DNA of 64,000 nt from Sandaracinaceae bacterium (GCA_044220955.1 JBGAQA010000019.1:1-64000), one strand, 5' to 3'; positions 1 through 8,478 are shown, counted from the first letter of the stretch. Notes: generated by a model from the letters alone, not told the origin. Made by a program: numbers and translations.

Positions 1-96
1 GCCCTCGCCCTCGCCCTCGCCGTCGCTCTCGCTCTCGCTCTCGCCCTCGCCCTCGCTCTCGCCTTCACCCTCGACCTCGCCCTCGCCCTCGCCCTC
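1..96. repeat. Degenerate hexamer microsatellite (CTCGCC/CTCGCT/CTCGAC), possibly cut by the window start
   Basis: Tandem ctcgcc/ctcgct/ctcgac units read directly. Confidence 0.9.
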
Positions 97-120
97 CCCC
101 GCGCGCTACACCCTCCCCCG

Positions 121-798
121 ATGCACACCATCACCCTCTCCGGCCGCGGCCCGAACACCATGTCGCTCGCGATGCTCGAGTCGGTCGATCGCGCGCTCGA
201 CGACGCGAAGGACGAGCCGCTGCTGCTCACCGGCGCCGGCAGTGCGTTCTCGGCGGGCCTCGACCTCGACGCGCTCGCGACGCTCGACGCGCGCGGCGTG
301 CGCGACCTCCTCGTGGCGATGGAGCGCGTGACGCACCGCCTGTTCCTGCACCCGGCGCCGACCGTCGCGCTCGTGAACGGGCACGCGGTCGCGGGCGGCT
401 GCCTCGTCGCGCAGTGCTGCGACGTGCGGATCGCGCCGCGCGATCCGAAGCTGCGCATCGGCATGACCGGCGTCGCGATCGGCCTGACCTACCCGCCCTT
501 CGTGCTCGACGTGTTCGGCGCGCGCCTCTCGCCGCCCCACGTCGAGAGGATCCTGCTCTCGGCCGCGCGCTTCGCCGTGGACGAGGCGCTGGCGCTCGGT
601 CTGCTCGACGAGATCGCGGACGACGCGAAGGGACGCGCCGAGGCGGTGCTCGCCGAGCGCGCCGCGCTCCCGGCCGCGAGCTACGCCGCGACCAAGCTGT
701 CGATCCGCAAGCCGCGGATCGACGCGAGCGCGGACGCGCGTGCCCGCTTCGTCGACGAGGTGATCCCGCGCTGGACCTCGGCGCTGATCGGTCGCTGA
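121..798 (+). CDS. Enoyl-CoA hydratase/isomerase (crotonase) family protein
   Basis: Motifs FSAGLDL and PTVALVNGHAVAGGC; 225 aa. Confidence 0.9.
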   Translation: MHTITLSGRGPNTMSLAMLESVDRALDDAKDEPLLLTGAGSAFSAGLDLDALATLDARGVRDLLVAMERVTHRLFLHPAPTVALVNGHAVAGGCLVAQCCDVRIAPRDPKLRIGMTGVAIGLTYPPFVLDVFGARLSPPHVERILLSAARFAVDEALALGLLDEIADDAKGRAEAVLAERAALPAASYAATKLSIRKPRIDASADARARFVDEVIPRWTSALIGR

Positions 799-809
799 CG
801 ACCCGCTAT

Positions 810-970
810 CGCTCTCGCTCTCGCCCTCGCCCTCGCCCTCGCCCTCGCCCTCGACCTCGCCCTCGCCCTCGACCTCGCCCTCGCCCTCGACCTCGCTCTC
901 GCTCTCGGTCTCGACCTCGCCCTCGCCCTCGACCTCGCTCTCGCTCTCGCTCTCGCCCTCGACCTCGCCC
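810..970. repeat. Degenerate hexamer microsatellite (CTCGCC/CTCGAC/CTCGCT), about 26 units
   Basis: Continuous 6-bp periodic tract just after the crotonase stop. Confidence 0.95.
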
Positions 971-1023
971 TTGCTCACTGAATTCGCAGGTCGCTGGTGT
1001 CTCACGGACGTTGGCACGAAGGG

Positions 1024-1082
1024 CTCTCGCTCTCGCTCTCGCTCTCGCCCTCGCCCTCGCCCTCGCTCTCGACCTCGCCCTC
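1024..1082. repeat. Hexamer microsatellite (CTCGCT/CTCGCC)
   Basis: Same unit family; separated from the previous tract by about 50 bp of unique sequence. Confidence 0.9.
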
Positions 1083-1207
1083 CTCGTCGGCGCCGAGACT
1101 TGCGTGTGGCGCTCGCCGATGCGCGCGCTCTCGTCGAGCACCCGATCGCGGCTCGTCGCGCCGACGACGCGCGCCTCGATCGCGCGCGTGCGCTCTCCGT
1201 CGCCGCG

Positions 1208-1894
1208 CTACTGGACGCCGCCGAGCACCATGTCCGCGAACGGGCTCGGCGGCGGCGCGACGCCCAGGCGCTGGTCGAGCGCGGAGAGGCCGACCACCGA
1301 CCCCGACGCATCCGCGCAGGGGTCGGCGCTGCCGCTGCCGAGCAGCATCAGGTGGCCCTCCGCCGGCACGTCGCCGCGCAGCGCGCACGCGGAAGTCTCC
1401 CGCTGCACGATCGCGTCGATGCGCGCCCGTGCGGCGCTCGTGTCGCGCCCCGACGCATCCAGACAGCGCAGCTCGGCGCGCGCGGCGGACCGCGCGCCCA
1501 GCGCAGGCGGGACGCCCACGGCCCGCGCAGTATGCGACGCTCCCGGAGGCACGCTGTCCGGCGGGGCGACACACGCCGCCGCGTCGCTCGCGTGCTCCTC
1601 GTGGTCGAGCCAGATCTCCACCAGCGCCAGCCGCGCCGTCGCGCGCAAGTCGGCGTCGAGCGCGGCGTCGTTCACGAGCGCGCGCAGAGCGACCGCAGCG
1701 TCGGCCTCACGGCCTGCGCGAGCGTCCGCTCGCGCGCCGGCGATGCGCGCGTCCTCGGGAGGCGTCACGACCGCGGCGGTCGCCGGGCTCGTCGCGGTGG
1801 CAACGGGGACGCTCGGCTCGGGCGACACGGCGGGTGTGCCACATGCCCCGATCGCTCCGCCGACGAGCAGAACACTCCACACGTTCGTCCGCAT
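1208..1894 (-). CDS. Hypothetical lipoprotein
   Basis: ATG at 1894 gives MRTNVWSVLLVGGAIGAC (lipobox-like), then a Pro/Ala linker and a helical region. Confidence 0.6.
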   Translation of the reverse strand: MRTNVWSVLLVGGAIGACGTPAVSPEPSVPVATATSPATAAVVTPPEDARIAGARADARAGREADAAVALRALVNDAALDADLRATARLALVEIWLDHEEHASDAAACVAPPDSVPPGASHTARAVGVPPALGARSAARAELRCLDASGRDTSAARARIDAIVQRETSACALRGDVPAEGHLMLLGSGSADPCADASGSVVGLSALDQRLGVAPPPSPFADMVLGGVQ

Positions 1895-1963
1895 GGAGGT
1901 CAGATAGCGCGGCGTGCGTGAGCACACCAGAGTCGACCGATGGCGAGCGTTCGCACGGCTCCG

Positions 1964-1998
<35 letters not shown>

Positions 1999-2109
1999 TC
2001 CTCGTTCGACGTCGACGCATCACGACCGTCGAACGGCTCATCCTGGTGCGCTCGCGAGCTCTGCGGGCGTCGGTGATCTCGGTGGCCGCGGGCCCCTACG
2101 AGACCGGTG

Positions 2110-2324
2110 ACGTCATCCCTCGCGCCGCTGGCCGCGATCATCGCTTCGAGGCGGCGCGGGTGCTGGAGCAGCTCCGCGTACGTCCCCAGATCGAGCAGGT
2201 CGAGACGGAGCGCGCGTGGAAGCACGCTCGTGACCCACGTCGACTTGCCGACCCCGCGGGGACCGAAGATGAAGAAGCTCTCGCGCGGCGGGAGCGGCAG
2301 CGTGCGTGCGAACGCAGTTGCCAT
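2110..2324 (-). pseudogene. N-terminal fragment of an AAA_14/DUF4143-type ATPase
   Basis: MATAFARTLPLPPRESFFIFGPRGVGKSTW contains a Walker A motif; protein-like sequence stops after about 70 aa with no Walker B. The 3' end is approximate. Confidence 0.65.
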
Positions 2325-2701
2325 ATCCACATGAAGAAGGGCAACTCGCTCACCCGCGCGCCGACGGGGCCGGAAACACGGGCGATGGACGCGCGCCGCG
2401 CACCTCGGCTCCGGGCCCTCGTCGCCCTGACGCCCTGCCGGTCCCGCGCGTACGCTCGTGAACGAGACCCGCGCCGCGCGAAGAGGCTGACTCCTACGAG
2501 CCGCGCGCGCGCAGCCATGCGGCCACCTCGCGCGCGAACGCCTCGAGTTCCGCGATCTCGCGGCCGAGCGAGAGAGAGAGATCACGTGCGCGGGTGAGAC
2601 GAACGACGGAGCCGCCTCCGCCCGCCAGCTCCGCGACGTGCCCGCGGATCTGCGCGAGCGGCCGCCTCGCGTGCGTCGGCGTTCGAGGCCATGATCGTGG
2701 C

Positions 2702-3400
2702 GTGAGGAGGGTGTGGCTGACGCTGGCAATCGTGCTCGTCGCGACGGCGGCGAGCGCGCAGCGCGTGGGCTTCCGGCACCTCGATCTCGGCGACGGCGTG
2801 TCCGTCGACGACGTGTGCCAGCCGAGCCGCCCGCGGCCGTGTGCCGGATGGCAGCCGGTCGGCTTCGTCTTCGGTGACGCCACGCCCTGGCTGCTGCAGG
2901 CCGACACGTTCGGCCGCGTGCGCGCGACGGGCGCCATCCTCGCGACGGCGTCGATCCGACCGGCCATCACGTACCCGAGCGCCGCGCCGATGCGCGCGCA
3001 CCGCGTGCTCCGCACCACCGACGGCGGCCTCCACTGGCGCGAGGTGCCGTGGCCGTGGACGCAGACCCCGCGCCTCTTCGCGTTCGATCGGCTGCGGCTC
3101 GACGGCGTGGCGACGGGCGAGAGCGGCTACGTGTGGACGACCGACGACGGCGGGGCGCACTGGGTCGATCACGGTGGCGATGCGGTCACGTGGGCCGCGG
3201 CCGCGATCGCCGACCGCGAGATCGTGCTCGCGGACGCGTCGGGACACGTCGTGCGCTCGCGCGACGGACTCGCGCGCGAGACCGTCGTCGACGATCGGTC
3301 GGCGACGATCGAGCAGCGCGACACCGAGATCGTCGTGCACGCGAGCGATGCCGACTACGTGGTGCGCCACGGCAGCCCGACGCGCAGGACGGCGCGATGA
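2702..3400 (+). CDS. Secreted protein with BNR/Asp-box-like repeats (paralog 1)
   Basis: Signal peptide VRRVWLTLAIVLVATAASAQ; repeats TTDGGLHW and TTDDGGAHW. Confidence 0.75.
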   Translation: MRRVWLTLAIVLVATAASAQRVGFRHLDLGDGVSVDDVCQPSRPRPCAGWQPVGFVFGDATPWLLQADTFGRVRATGAILATASIRPAITYPSAAPMRAHRVLRTTDGGLHWREVPWPWTQTPRLFAFDRLRLDGVATGESGYVWTTDDGGAHWVDHGGDAVTWAAAAIADREIVLADASGHVVRSRDGLARETVVDDRSATIEQRDTEIVVHASDADYVVRHGSPTRRTAR

Positions 3401-4074
3401 GCCGGGCGCCCATCGCGCTCGCGCTCGTCCTCGTCGCTGCGGCCGCGAGCGCCCAGCCCACGACGACCCGGACGATGCGGATCGACCTCGGCGGTGGGCT
3501 CGCCGTCGAGCGCACCTGCGCGCCGACCTGCTTCCGATGGTCGCCCTCGGGCTTCTCGTTCGGCGACGCGGAGCCCTGGCTCTTCTACGCGCGCTCGTTC
3601 GTGCGCGTGCCGGCCACCGGGACGGTGCTCGCGTCGCTGGCGGGACGCACCGGCTTGCGCGAGATGCGCCCGCGACGCGTCATCCTCACCGACGACGGCG
3701 GCATGCACTGGACGGACGTGCCCTGGAGCTGGCGCACGGCGCCGACGTCGTGGGCCTTCGACGCGCACGACCGACACGGCGTCGCGACCGACGGCGGCGC
3801 CCTGTGGACGACGAGCGATGCCGGCCACCGATGGAGCGAGCACGGAGGCACCGCTGCGGCGGGGATCGCCGCGATCGCCATCGCCGATCGCGAGATCGTG
3901 CTCATCGACGCGATCGGGACCGTGCAGCGCACGCGCGACGGCTTCACGCGCGAGACCGTGACCACCGACCCGACGGCGACGCTCGAGCAGCGCGAGACCG
4001 ACATCGTCGTCCACGGCGCCACCACCGACTGGGTGATCCGCCGCGGCGACGCGAGCCGCCGCGTCTCGCACTGA
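3397..4074 (+). CDS. Secreted protein with BNR/Asp-box-like repeats (paralog 2)
   Basis: ATGA overlap with the previous gene; signal peptide MSRAPIALALVLVAAAASAQ; repeats TDDGGMHW and TTSDAGHRW. Confidence 0.78.
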   Translation: MSRAPIALALVLVAAAASAQPTTTRTMRIDLGGGLAVERTCAPTCFRWSPSGFSFGDAEPWLFYARSFVRVPATGTVLASLAGRTGLREMRPRRVILTDDGGMHWTDVPWSWRTAPTSWAFDAHDRHGVATDGGALWTTSDAGHRWSEHGGTAAAGIAAIAIADREIVLIDAIGTVQRTRDGFTRETVTTDPTATLEQRETDIVVHGATTDWVIRRGDASRRVSH

Positions 4075-4081
4075 CGCCTCG

Positions 4082-4165
4082 TCAGCCCGCGCGGAACTGC
4101 TTCCCGAGGTCCTTCGTGAGGTTCTTCTGGTGCGCTCCCGGCGTGCCGCCGCCGATCGCGAGCAG
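4082..4165 (-). pseudogene. 3' remnant of an acyl-CoA dehydrogenase-like gene
   Basis: Reads LLAIGGGTPGAHQKNLTKDLGKQFRAG-stop; IxxGT is typical of ACAD C-termini. It has an upstream in-frame TAG and no start. Confidence 0.5.
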
Positions 4166-4291
4166 CTACGGCGGACGCAAGATGTGGCGACAGAGCATTT
4201 CGAGCCGAGCGCGACGCCTGGGAGAGACGGCCACGGTGGCGTCGAGGTCGAAGCCGCCGAGTCGCGCCTAGCGGCGCTCGCGCTCGGGGAG

Positions 4292-4420
4292 ACTCGACCT
4301 CGACCGCGACCCTCGACCTCGACCCTCGACCTCGACCCTCGACCTCGACCCTCGACCTCGACCCTCGACCTCGACCCTCGACCTCGCTCTCGCCCTCGCC
4401 CTCGCTCTCGACCTCTCGCT
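4292..4420. repeat. Tandem repeat: 13-bp unit CCTCGACCTCGAC x5 plus a partial copy (4311-4386), flanked by CTCGNN hexamers
   Basis: Read directly; a 13-bp period is not compatible with a repeating codon frame. Confidence 0.92.
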
Positions 4421-4442
4421 CCTCGCGACCTGCACGCGCCTG

Positions 4443-4482
4443 CCCCTCACCCCGACCCTCTCCCCGCTTCGCGGGGCGAGGG
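4443..4482. repeat. BoxC-like palindromic element CCCCTCACCCCGACCCTCTCCCCGCTTCGCGGGGCGAGGG
   Basis: Pyrimidine tail plus hairpin CCCTCTCCCCGC-TTC-GCGGGGCGAGGG with one mismatch, just beyond the 3' end of the minus-strand operon. Confidence 0.65.
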
Positions 4483-4490
4483 AGCCGAGC

Positions 4491-4958
4491 TCAGTCGATC
4501 CGGAACGTCGCGAGCGCGGTCTCGATCTCCCCCGTCGCCGGCTCGAACCGGTCGCGCCGTCCGCCGGCCTCCACGACGAAGATGCGGTCGTGCGTCACGA
4601 ACACGCTGACCCAGTACGTGTACGGACGGCCGCCGTCGTCGTGGCCGAAGCGCATCTGGTGGCCGGTCTCGCCGCTCGCGGCCGTGATGTCGGCCTCGCT
4701 CAGGAGCGCGTAGCCCTGGTCGCGGCGCAGGCGGTTCCGGATCGCCTCCACCCAGAAGTCGGCGCTGCCGTGCCGGTCGTTGTCGAGCGTGCGCACGCCC
4801 ATCACCACGCCGTCGGCGCTCGTCGCGCGCAGCGCGTACCCGCGCGCGTGCGTGGAGGCGTCGTCGAGCGAGACGAAGTCGCCCGGCTGCTGCACGGTGA
4901 AGCCGGCGCCGCAGCCGGTGAGGCACGAGACGAGCACGGCGATCGAGAGAGTGCGCAT
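4491..4958 (-). CDS. Hypothetical lipoprotein
   Basis: MRTLSIAVLVSCLTGC lipobox; start overlaps the upstream stop. Confidence 0.8.
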   Translation of the reverse strand: MRTLSIAVLVSCLTGCGAGFTVQQPGDFVSLDDASTHARGYALRATSADGVVMGVRTLDNDRHGSADFWVEAIRNRLRRDQGYALLSEADITAASGETGHQMRFGHDDGGRPYTYWVSVFVTHDRIFVVEAGGRRDRFEPATGEIETALATFRID

Positions 4959-5875
4959 CAGCGGAGCTCCATCAGGTTCGGAAGGCCCAGCGACTCGAGC
5001 CACGCGAAGGGCAGCTGGAAGACCTCCGGCTGATCGACCGTGTCGTGGGGCTGCGGGCGGAACATCACGGTGATCGTCGAGAGCGAGATGCGGTCGGCGA
5101 GGAAGCGCTGCCGCCCGCGCAGGCTCTCGAGCTCACCGGTGATCCGCTCGAGCTGCTGCTCGACGGCGAGCGCCTCGTCCACGTTCGCGGCGCTCGCGAG
5201 CAGCGCCGCGACGCGATCGCGCATCGCCTCGAGGTTCCGGATCCGGATCTCCACGTCGCGGAACTCCTCGCCGACGTCCTGCGCGTCGATCTGCCGGTGG
5301 AGCACGTCGTAGCCGCCGTCGATCTGGCCGACGAACGACATGAAGCGCGCCGCCGGCACGCGGACGACGATCGTGTCGTCGGTCTGGGAGAACACGATGC
5401 CGCCCATCGAGCGCGCGCTCTGTGCGATCGCCGCCTGGCTCGCCTCGACGTCGTAGACGCCGACGTGGAAGAGCGCCGTGTAGATCAAGAGCTCGCCCGA
5501 CGTGTCGACGGCGTCGGTCGCCGTCGCCTCGGGCGGCGTCGTCGACGTCTGCGCCTGCGCGTAGAGCTCGCGGTGGCGGGCGAAGTCCGCATCGGCCTCC
5601 TCGGCGTCGCGCACGACCTCGAGCCGTCGCGCGTCGAACGAGGTGCTCGGCGCCGCGCTCCCGGTGCCGGTGGAGATCGTCGTCGCCCCACCGGAGTCGT
5701 CCTCGAACCAGAACGAGGGCGCGCCACCGCCGGTGCTCACGCGCTGCGCCGACTCCTCGGTGACGACGGTGTCGCCCGCGGAAGTGGAGACCGACGCGAC
5801 GCGGTATGCAGGCGTGAGCCCGTACGCGCAGCCCGGCACGAGCAGCGCGGAGAGGACGAGCGCGCGGAGCATCAC
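4958..5875 (-). CDS. DUF4349-like lipoprotein
   Basis: Lipobox LVPGC; motifs VRVPAARF, DVGEEFRDVEIRIRNLE, a coiled coil, and RISLSTITV. Confidence 0.8.
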   Translation of the reverse strand: MMLRALVLSALLVPGCAYGLTPAYRVASVSTSAGDTVVTEESAQRVSTGGGAPSFWFEDDSGGATTISTGTGSAAPSTSFDARRLEVVRDAEEADADFARHRELYAQAQTSTTPPEATATDAVDTSGELLIYTALFHVGVYDVEASQAAIAQSARSMGGIVFSQTDDTIVVRVPAARFMSFVGQIDGGYDVLHRQIDAQDVGEEFRDVEIRIRNLEAMRDRVAALLASAANVDEALAVEQQLERITGELESLRGRQRFLADRISLSTITVMFRPQPHDTVDQPEVFQLPFAWLESLGLPNLMELR

Positions 5876-8313
5876 GATCCCTCCGCGAAGCGGCGCGCCT
5901 CGTCGGCCGAGACCTCGGGCGCGTCGGCCGCGACCTCGATCGAGCGGTCGCCCTCGAGCGTCACCACGACCGCGTCACCGAGCGCGAACGCCGCGCGCAG
6001 CTCCGGCCGCGCCGCGAGGATCGCGAAGTACGCCGCGCTCATCGAGCGCACGCGCAAGACGCGCCCGCCCTCGTGGAAGCGCTCGTCGACCCAGCGCCCG
6101 GCCGTGCGCGTGAACGTCCGGCCCATCACGACGCGCACGCTGCTCGCCTCCGCCTCGTCCGCGCGATCGGCGGAGCGCATCTCGCGCAGGCGCGCCGAGA
6201 GGCGACGGCCCGCCTCGCCCGTCGCGTCCGGAGGCGGAACCCGGACCACCGGCGGCGGCGGCGGCGCAGCGCTCGGCGTCCTCGCGCTCGCGCCCGAGCC
6301 GGTGGGGTACGAGGGCGACGAGGGTGCGTACCCGCCGCTGCTCCCGCTCGACGTGCTCGGCGGCGCCTCCTGCGCCTCCATGTCGAGGCCGAAGTCCGCG
6401 CCCGGGAAGCTCGCAAAGTCGCCCGCGGCGATCGTCTCCTCGGTCGCCGGCGCGTACGCCGGGGCCGTCGGCGAGGGAGCGTCCGCCGCCGTCGTGGTGC
6501 GCAGGGTGCCGTCGAACGCGACGACCGGCGGCTGCGCCGGCACGGCCATCGGCTCGTCCGGCGTGACGAGGTAGCTCGTGTACGGGGTCACGATGCCGAA
6601 GTGGCGCGCGAGCGTCACGACCTCCTCGCGCAGCTCGGCGCGCTCGCCGTGCAGGCGGATGTCGTCGAGGAGCGTGCCGACCTTCCGCACCGCCCAGACG
6701 CGCGGGAGGAACTCGTTGCGCGGCTCGCTCGTCGCGTACGCCACGTCGTAGCTCATCTCGCGCGTCGTCGTCTCGCCGCCGAAGCGCCCCTCGAGCACGA
6801 CGCGGCCCGGCCCGTCGCCGCGGTAGCGCCCGACGACGAGCAGCTGCTCGCCGCGGTAGAGGTGGCCGAGGTCGCGCGGGTAGACGTCGTACGCGTCGGC
6901 GCCCGGCATCGTGAGGCGCAGGTCCGTGAACACGGGGTAGCTGACGCGATCGAAGAACGCCGTCATGCGCCGCTGCAGCTCGGTGCCGTCGCGGAAGTAG
7001 TCCCCGACGCCGCCGTTCGCGTCCGCGAGGCCGTCGAGAAACGTGGTGTTCACGTCGTCGCCGACGCCGAAGACGAAGAGGCGCGCGCCCGCGCCGAGCG
7101 CGCTGACGTTGCGAGTGATGGTGGCCGGATCGGTCTGCCCGACCGTCGGCATGCCGTCGGTGAGGAACACCACCATGCGCGGCAGCGCGCCCGCGGGCGG
7201 GTGGGTCCGCAGCGCCTCGGTGAGCGCGGGCGCGATCGCCGTGCCGCCCGCCGCGACGAAGTGCGAGGCGAAGCGCTGCGCGCGCGCCACGTGCTCGGGC
7301 GTCGCGGCGACCGAGCGGCCCGTGTCGAAGAGCGTCTCGACGTCCGTCGAGAAGCGCACGACCTGGAAGTAGTCGGTCGGCCGGAGACGCCCCAGCATGT
7401 ACGCGAGCGCGGCCTGCGCGCGCTGCAGCTTGTCGCCGGCCATCGAGCCGGAGGTGTCCATCACGAAGATGACCTCCTCCGCGGCGACCTGCGCCTCGCC
7501 GAGCTCCGTGCGCGGCGAGATCATCGCGAGGAAGTAGCCGTCGTCGCCCGCGTCGCGATGCGTCAGCAGCGAGAGGCCGACCTCCTCGTCGGCCACCGTG
7601 TAGTAGAGATCGAAGTCCTGATCGAGCGAGGCGCGCATGCCGCCGAGCGACGCGATCGCGTGGTGGTCCCCGTCGCGCGTCACCGTGATCGGGTGGCTCG
7701 GCGAGTACACCGCCTGGATCGCCGTGCGCGACGCGAGGTCGGCCTGGATCGTCAGCGCCTCGAGCGTCGCGCCGTACGCGGCTCCGGCGCGGAGCGGATA
7801 GTGATAGCGGACGACGCTGCCCTGGTACTCGAGCGTCTGCGTGAAGCGGATCTCGATGCGCTGCTCGGCCCCCGGTGCGATGGGGTAGACGCGCGCGCGG
7901 AAGAGGTCGTCGCCGATGTACTCGACCAGTCCGGGGTCGCGCATGCGCGCCACGATCTGCTCGTACACCGAGCGCGCCGTGCTCGAGTCGAGCATCTCGC
8001 CCTCGACGCGCTGGCCGTTCACCCACATCGCGAAGCCGCTCACCGTCGCGCCCTCGGGCACCGGGAAGACGTACGTCGCTTCCAGCGTGGACGACGTGGA
8101 GTTGAGGAACGTCTGGGTGACGCTCGTCTCGGCGATCCGCTCACGCACGCTCACCGAGACGTGGTGACTGCGGATCGCCAGCGGCGGGATGTCCGTGGTC
8201 GTCGGGACCAGCCAGCCGAGCGCGTGGGCCGGGGCTGGCGCGGCGAGCGGTGCGAGGCAGGCGGCGAGCGCGGCAAGCGCGGTGAAGAGGGAGCGCGAGC
8301 GGAGTGAGCGCAT
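5872..8313 (-). CDS. Secreted VIT + VWA domain protein (inter-alpha-trypsin inhibitor-like)
   Basis: Signal peptide; VIT motifs TQTFLN, EATYVFPVP, RDPGLVE; MIDAS DTSGSM and LTDGMPT; C-terminal VTPYTSYLV. Confidence 0.9.
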   Translation of the reverse strand: MRSLRSRSLFTALAALAACLAPLAAPAPAHALGWLVPTTTDIPPLAIRSHHVSVSVRERIAETSVTQTFLNSTSSTLEATYVFPVPEGATVSGFAMWVNGQRVEGEMLDSSTARSVYEQIVARMRDPGLVEYIGDDLFRARVYPIAPGAEQRIEIRFTQTLEYQGSVVRYHYPLRAGAAYGATLEALTIQADLASRTAIQAVYSPSHPITVTRDGDHHAIASLGGMRASLDQDFDLYYTVADEEVGLSLLTHRDAGDDGYFLAMISPRTELGEAQVAAEEVIFVMDTSGSMAGDKLQRAQAALAYMLGRLRPTDYFQVVRFSTDVETLFDTGRSVAATPEHVARAQRFASHFVAAGGTAIAPALTEALRTHPPAGALPRMVVFLTDGMPTVGQTDPATITRNVSALGAGARLFVFGVGDDVNTTFLDGLADANGGVGDYFRDGTELQRRMTAFFDRVSYPVFTDLRLTMPGADAYDVYPRDLGHLYRGEQLLVVGRYRGDGPGRVVLEGRFGGETTTREMSYDVAYATSEPRNEFLPRVWAVRKVGTLLDDIRLHGERAELREEVVTLARHFGIVTPYTSYLVTPDEPMAVPAQPPVVAFDGTLRTTTAADAPSPTAPAYAPATEETIAAGDFASFPGADFGLDMEAQEAPPSTSSGSSGGYAPSSPSYPTGSGASARTPSAAPPPPPVVRVPPPDATGEAGRRLSARLREMRSADRADEAEASSVRVVMGRTFTRTAGRWVDERFHEGGRVLRVRSMSAAYFAILAARPELRAAFALGDAVVVTLEGDRSIEVAADAPEVSADEARRFAEGS

Positions 8314-8378
8314 GCGTCGGTCGGACGCGCGAACCTCGCCGCCGGTCTAGGGAGCCCGTGCGCCGGAGATCTGAAAAC

Positions 8379-8407
8379 TTGACGCGTGTACGGATGTCAC
8401 GTAACGC
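8379..8407 (+). promoter_or_regulatory. Putative sigma70-type promoter of lexA (TTGACG-N17-TAACGC)
   Basis: Near-consensus -35, 17-bp spacer and a weaker -10, about 70 bp before the ATG. Confidence 0.55.
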
Positions 8408-8416
8408 TCCCACTCA

Positions 8417-8434
8417 CCTGTTCATACGTACAGG
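8417..8434. promoter_or_regulatory. Putative LexA (SOS) box CCTGT-TCATACGT-ACAGG
   Basis: Palindrome between the putative -10 and the lexA start. Confidence 0.65.
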
Positions 8435-8478
8435 CGCCCACATCGGCAAACCCGCAGATCGCACGCACAGGGGAACTC

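Noticed and set aside
1011..1027. TTGGCACG as a sigma54 -24 element
   Set aside because: The -12 position reads TC rather than GC, and no suitable gene follows.
810..1082. CRISPR-like reading of repeat-unique-repeat
   Set aside because: Units are 6-bp degenerate tandem repeats, there is only one unique interval, and no cas genes are present.
806..1141. Arg-Gly / Glu-Gly repeat ORFs across the microsatellite (also 106..1311 and 414..1907)
   Set aside because: Stop-free translations of a hexamer repeat in GC-rich DNA, with no RBS or domain content.
1083..1210. Read-through or recoding of the TAG at 1208, since the frame stays open beyond it
   Set aside because: Open frames are expected at this GC content, the extension runs into the microsatellite, and no recoding machinery or signal is visible.
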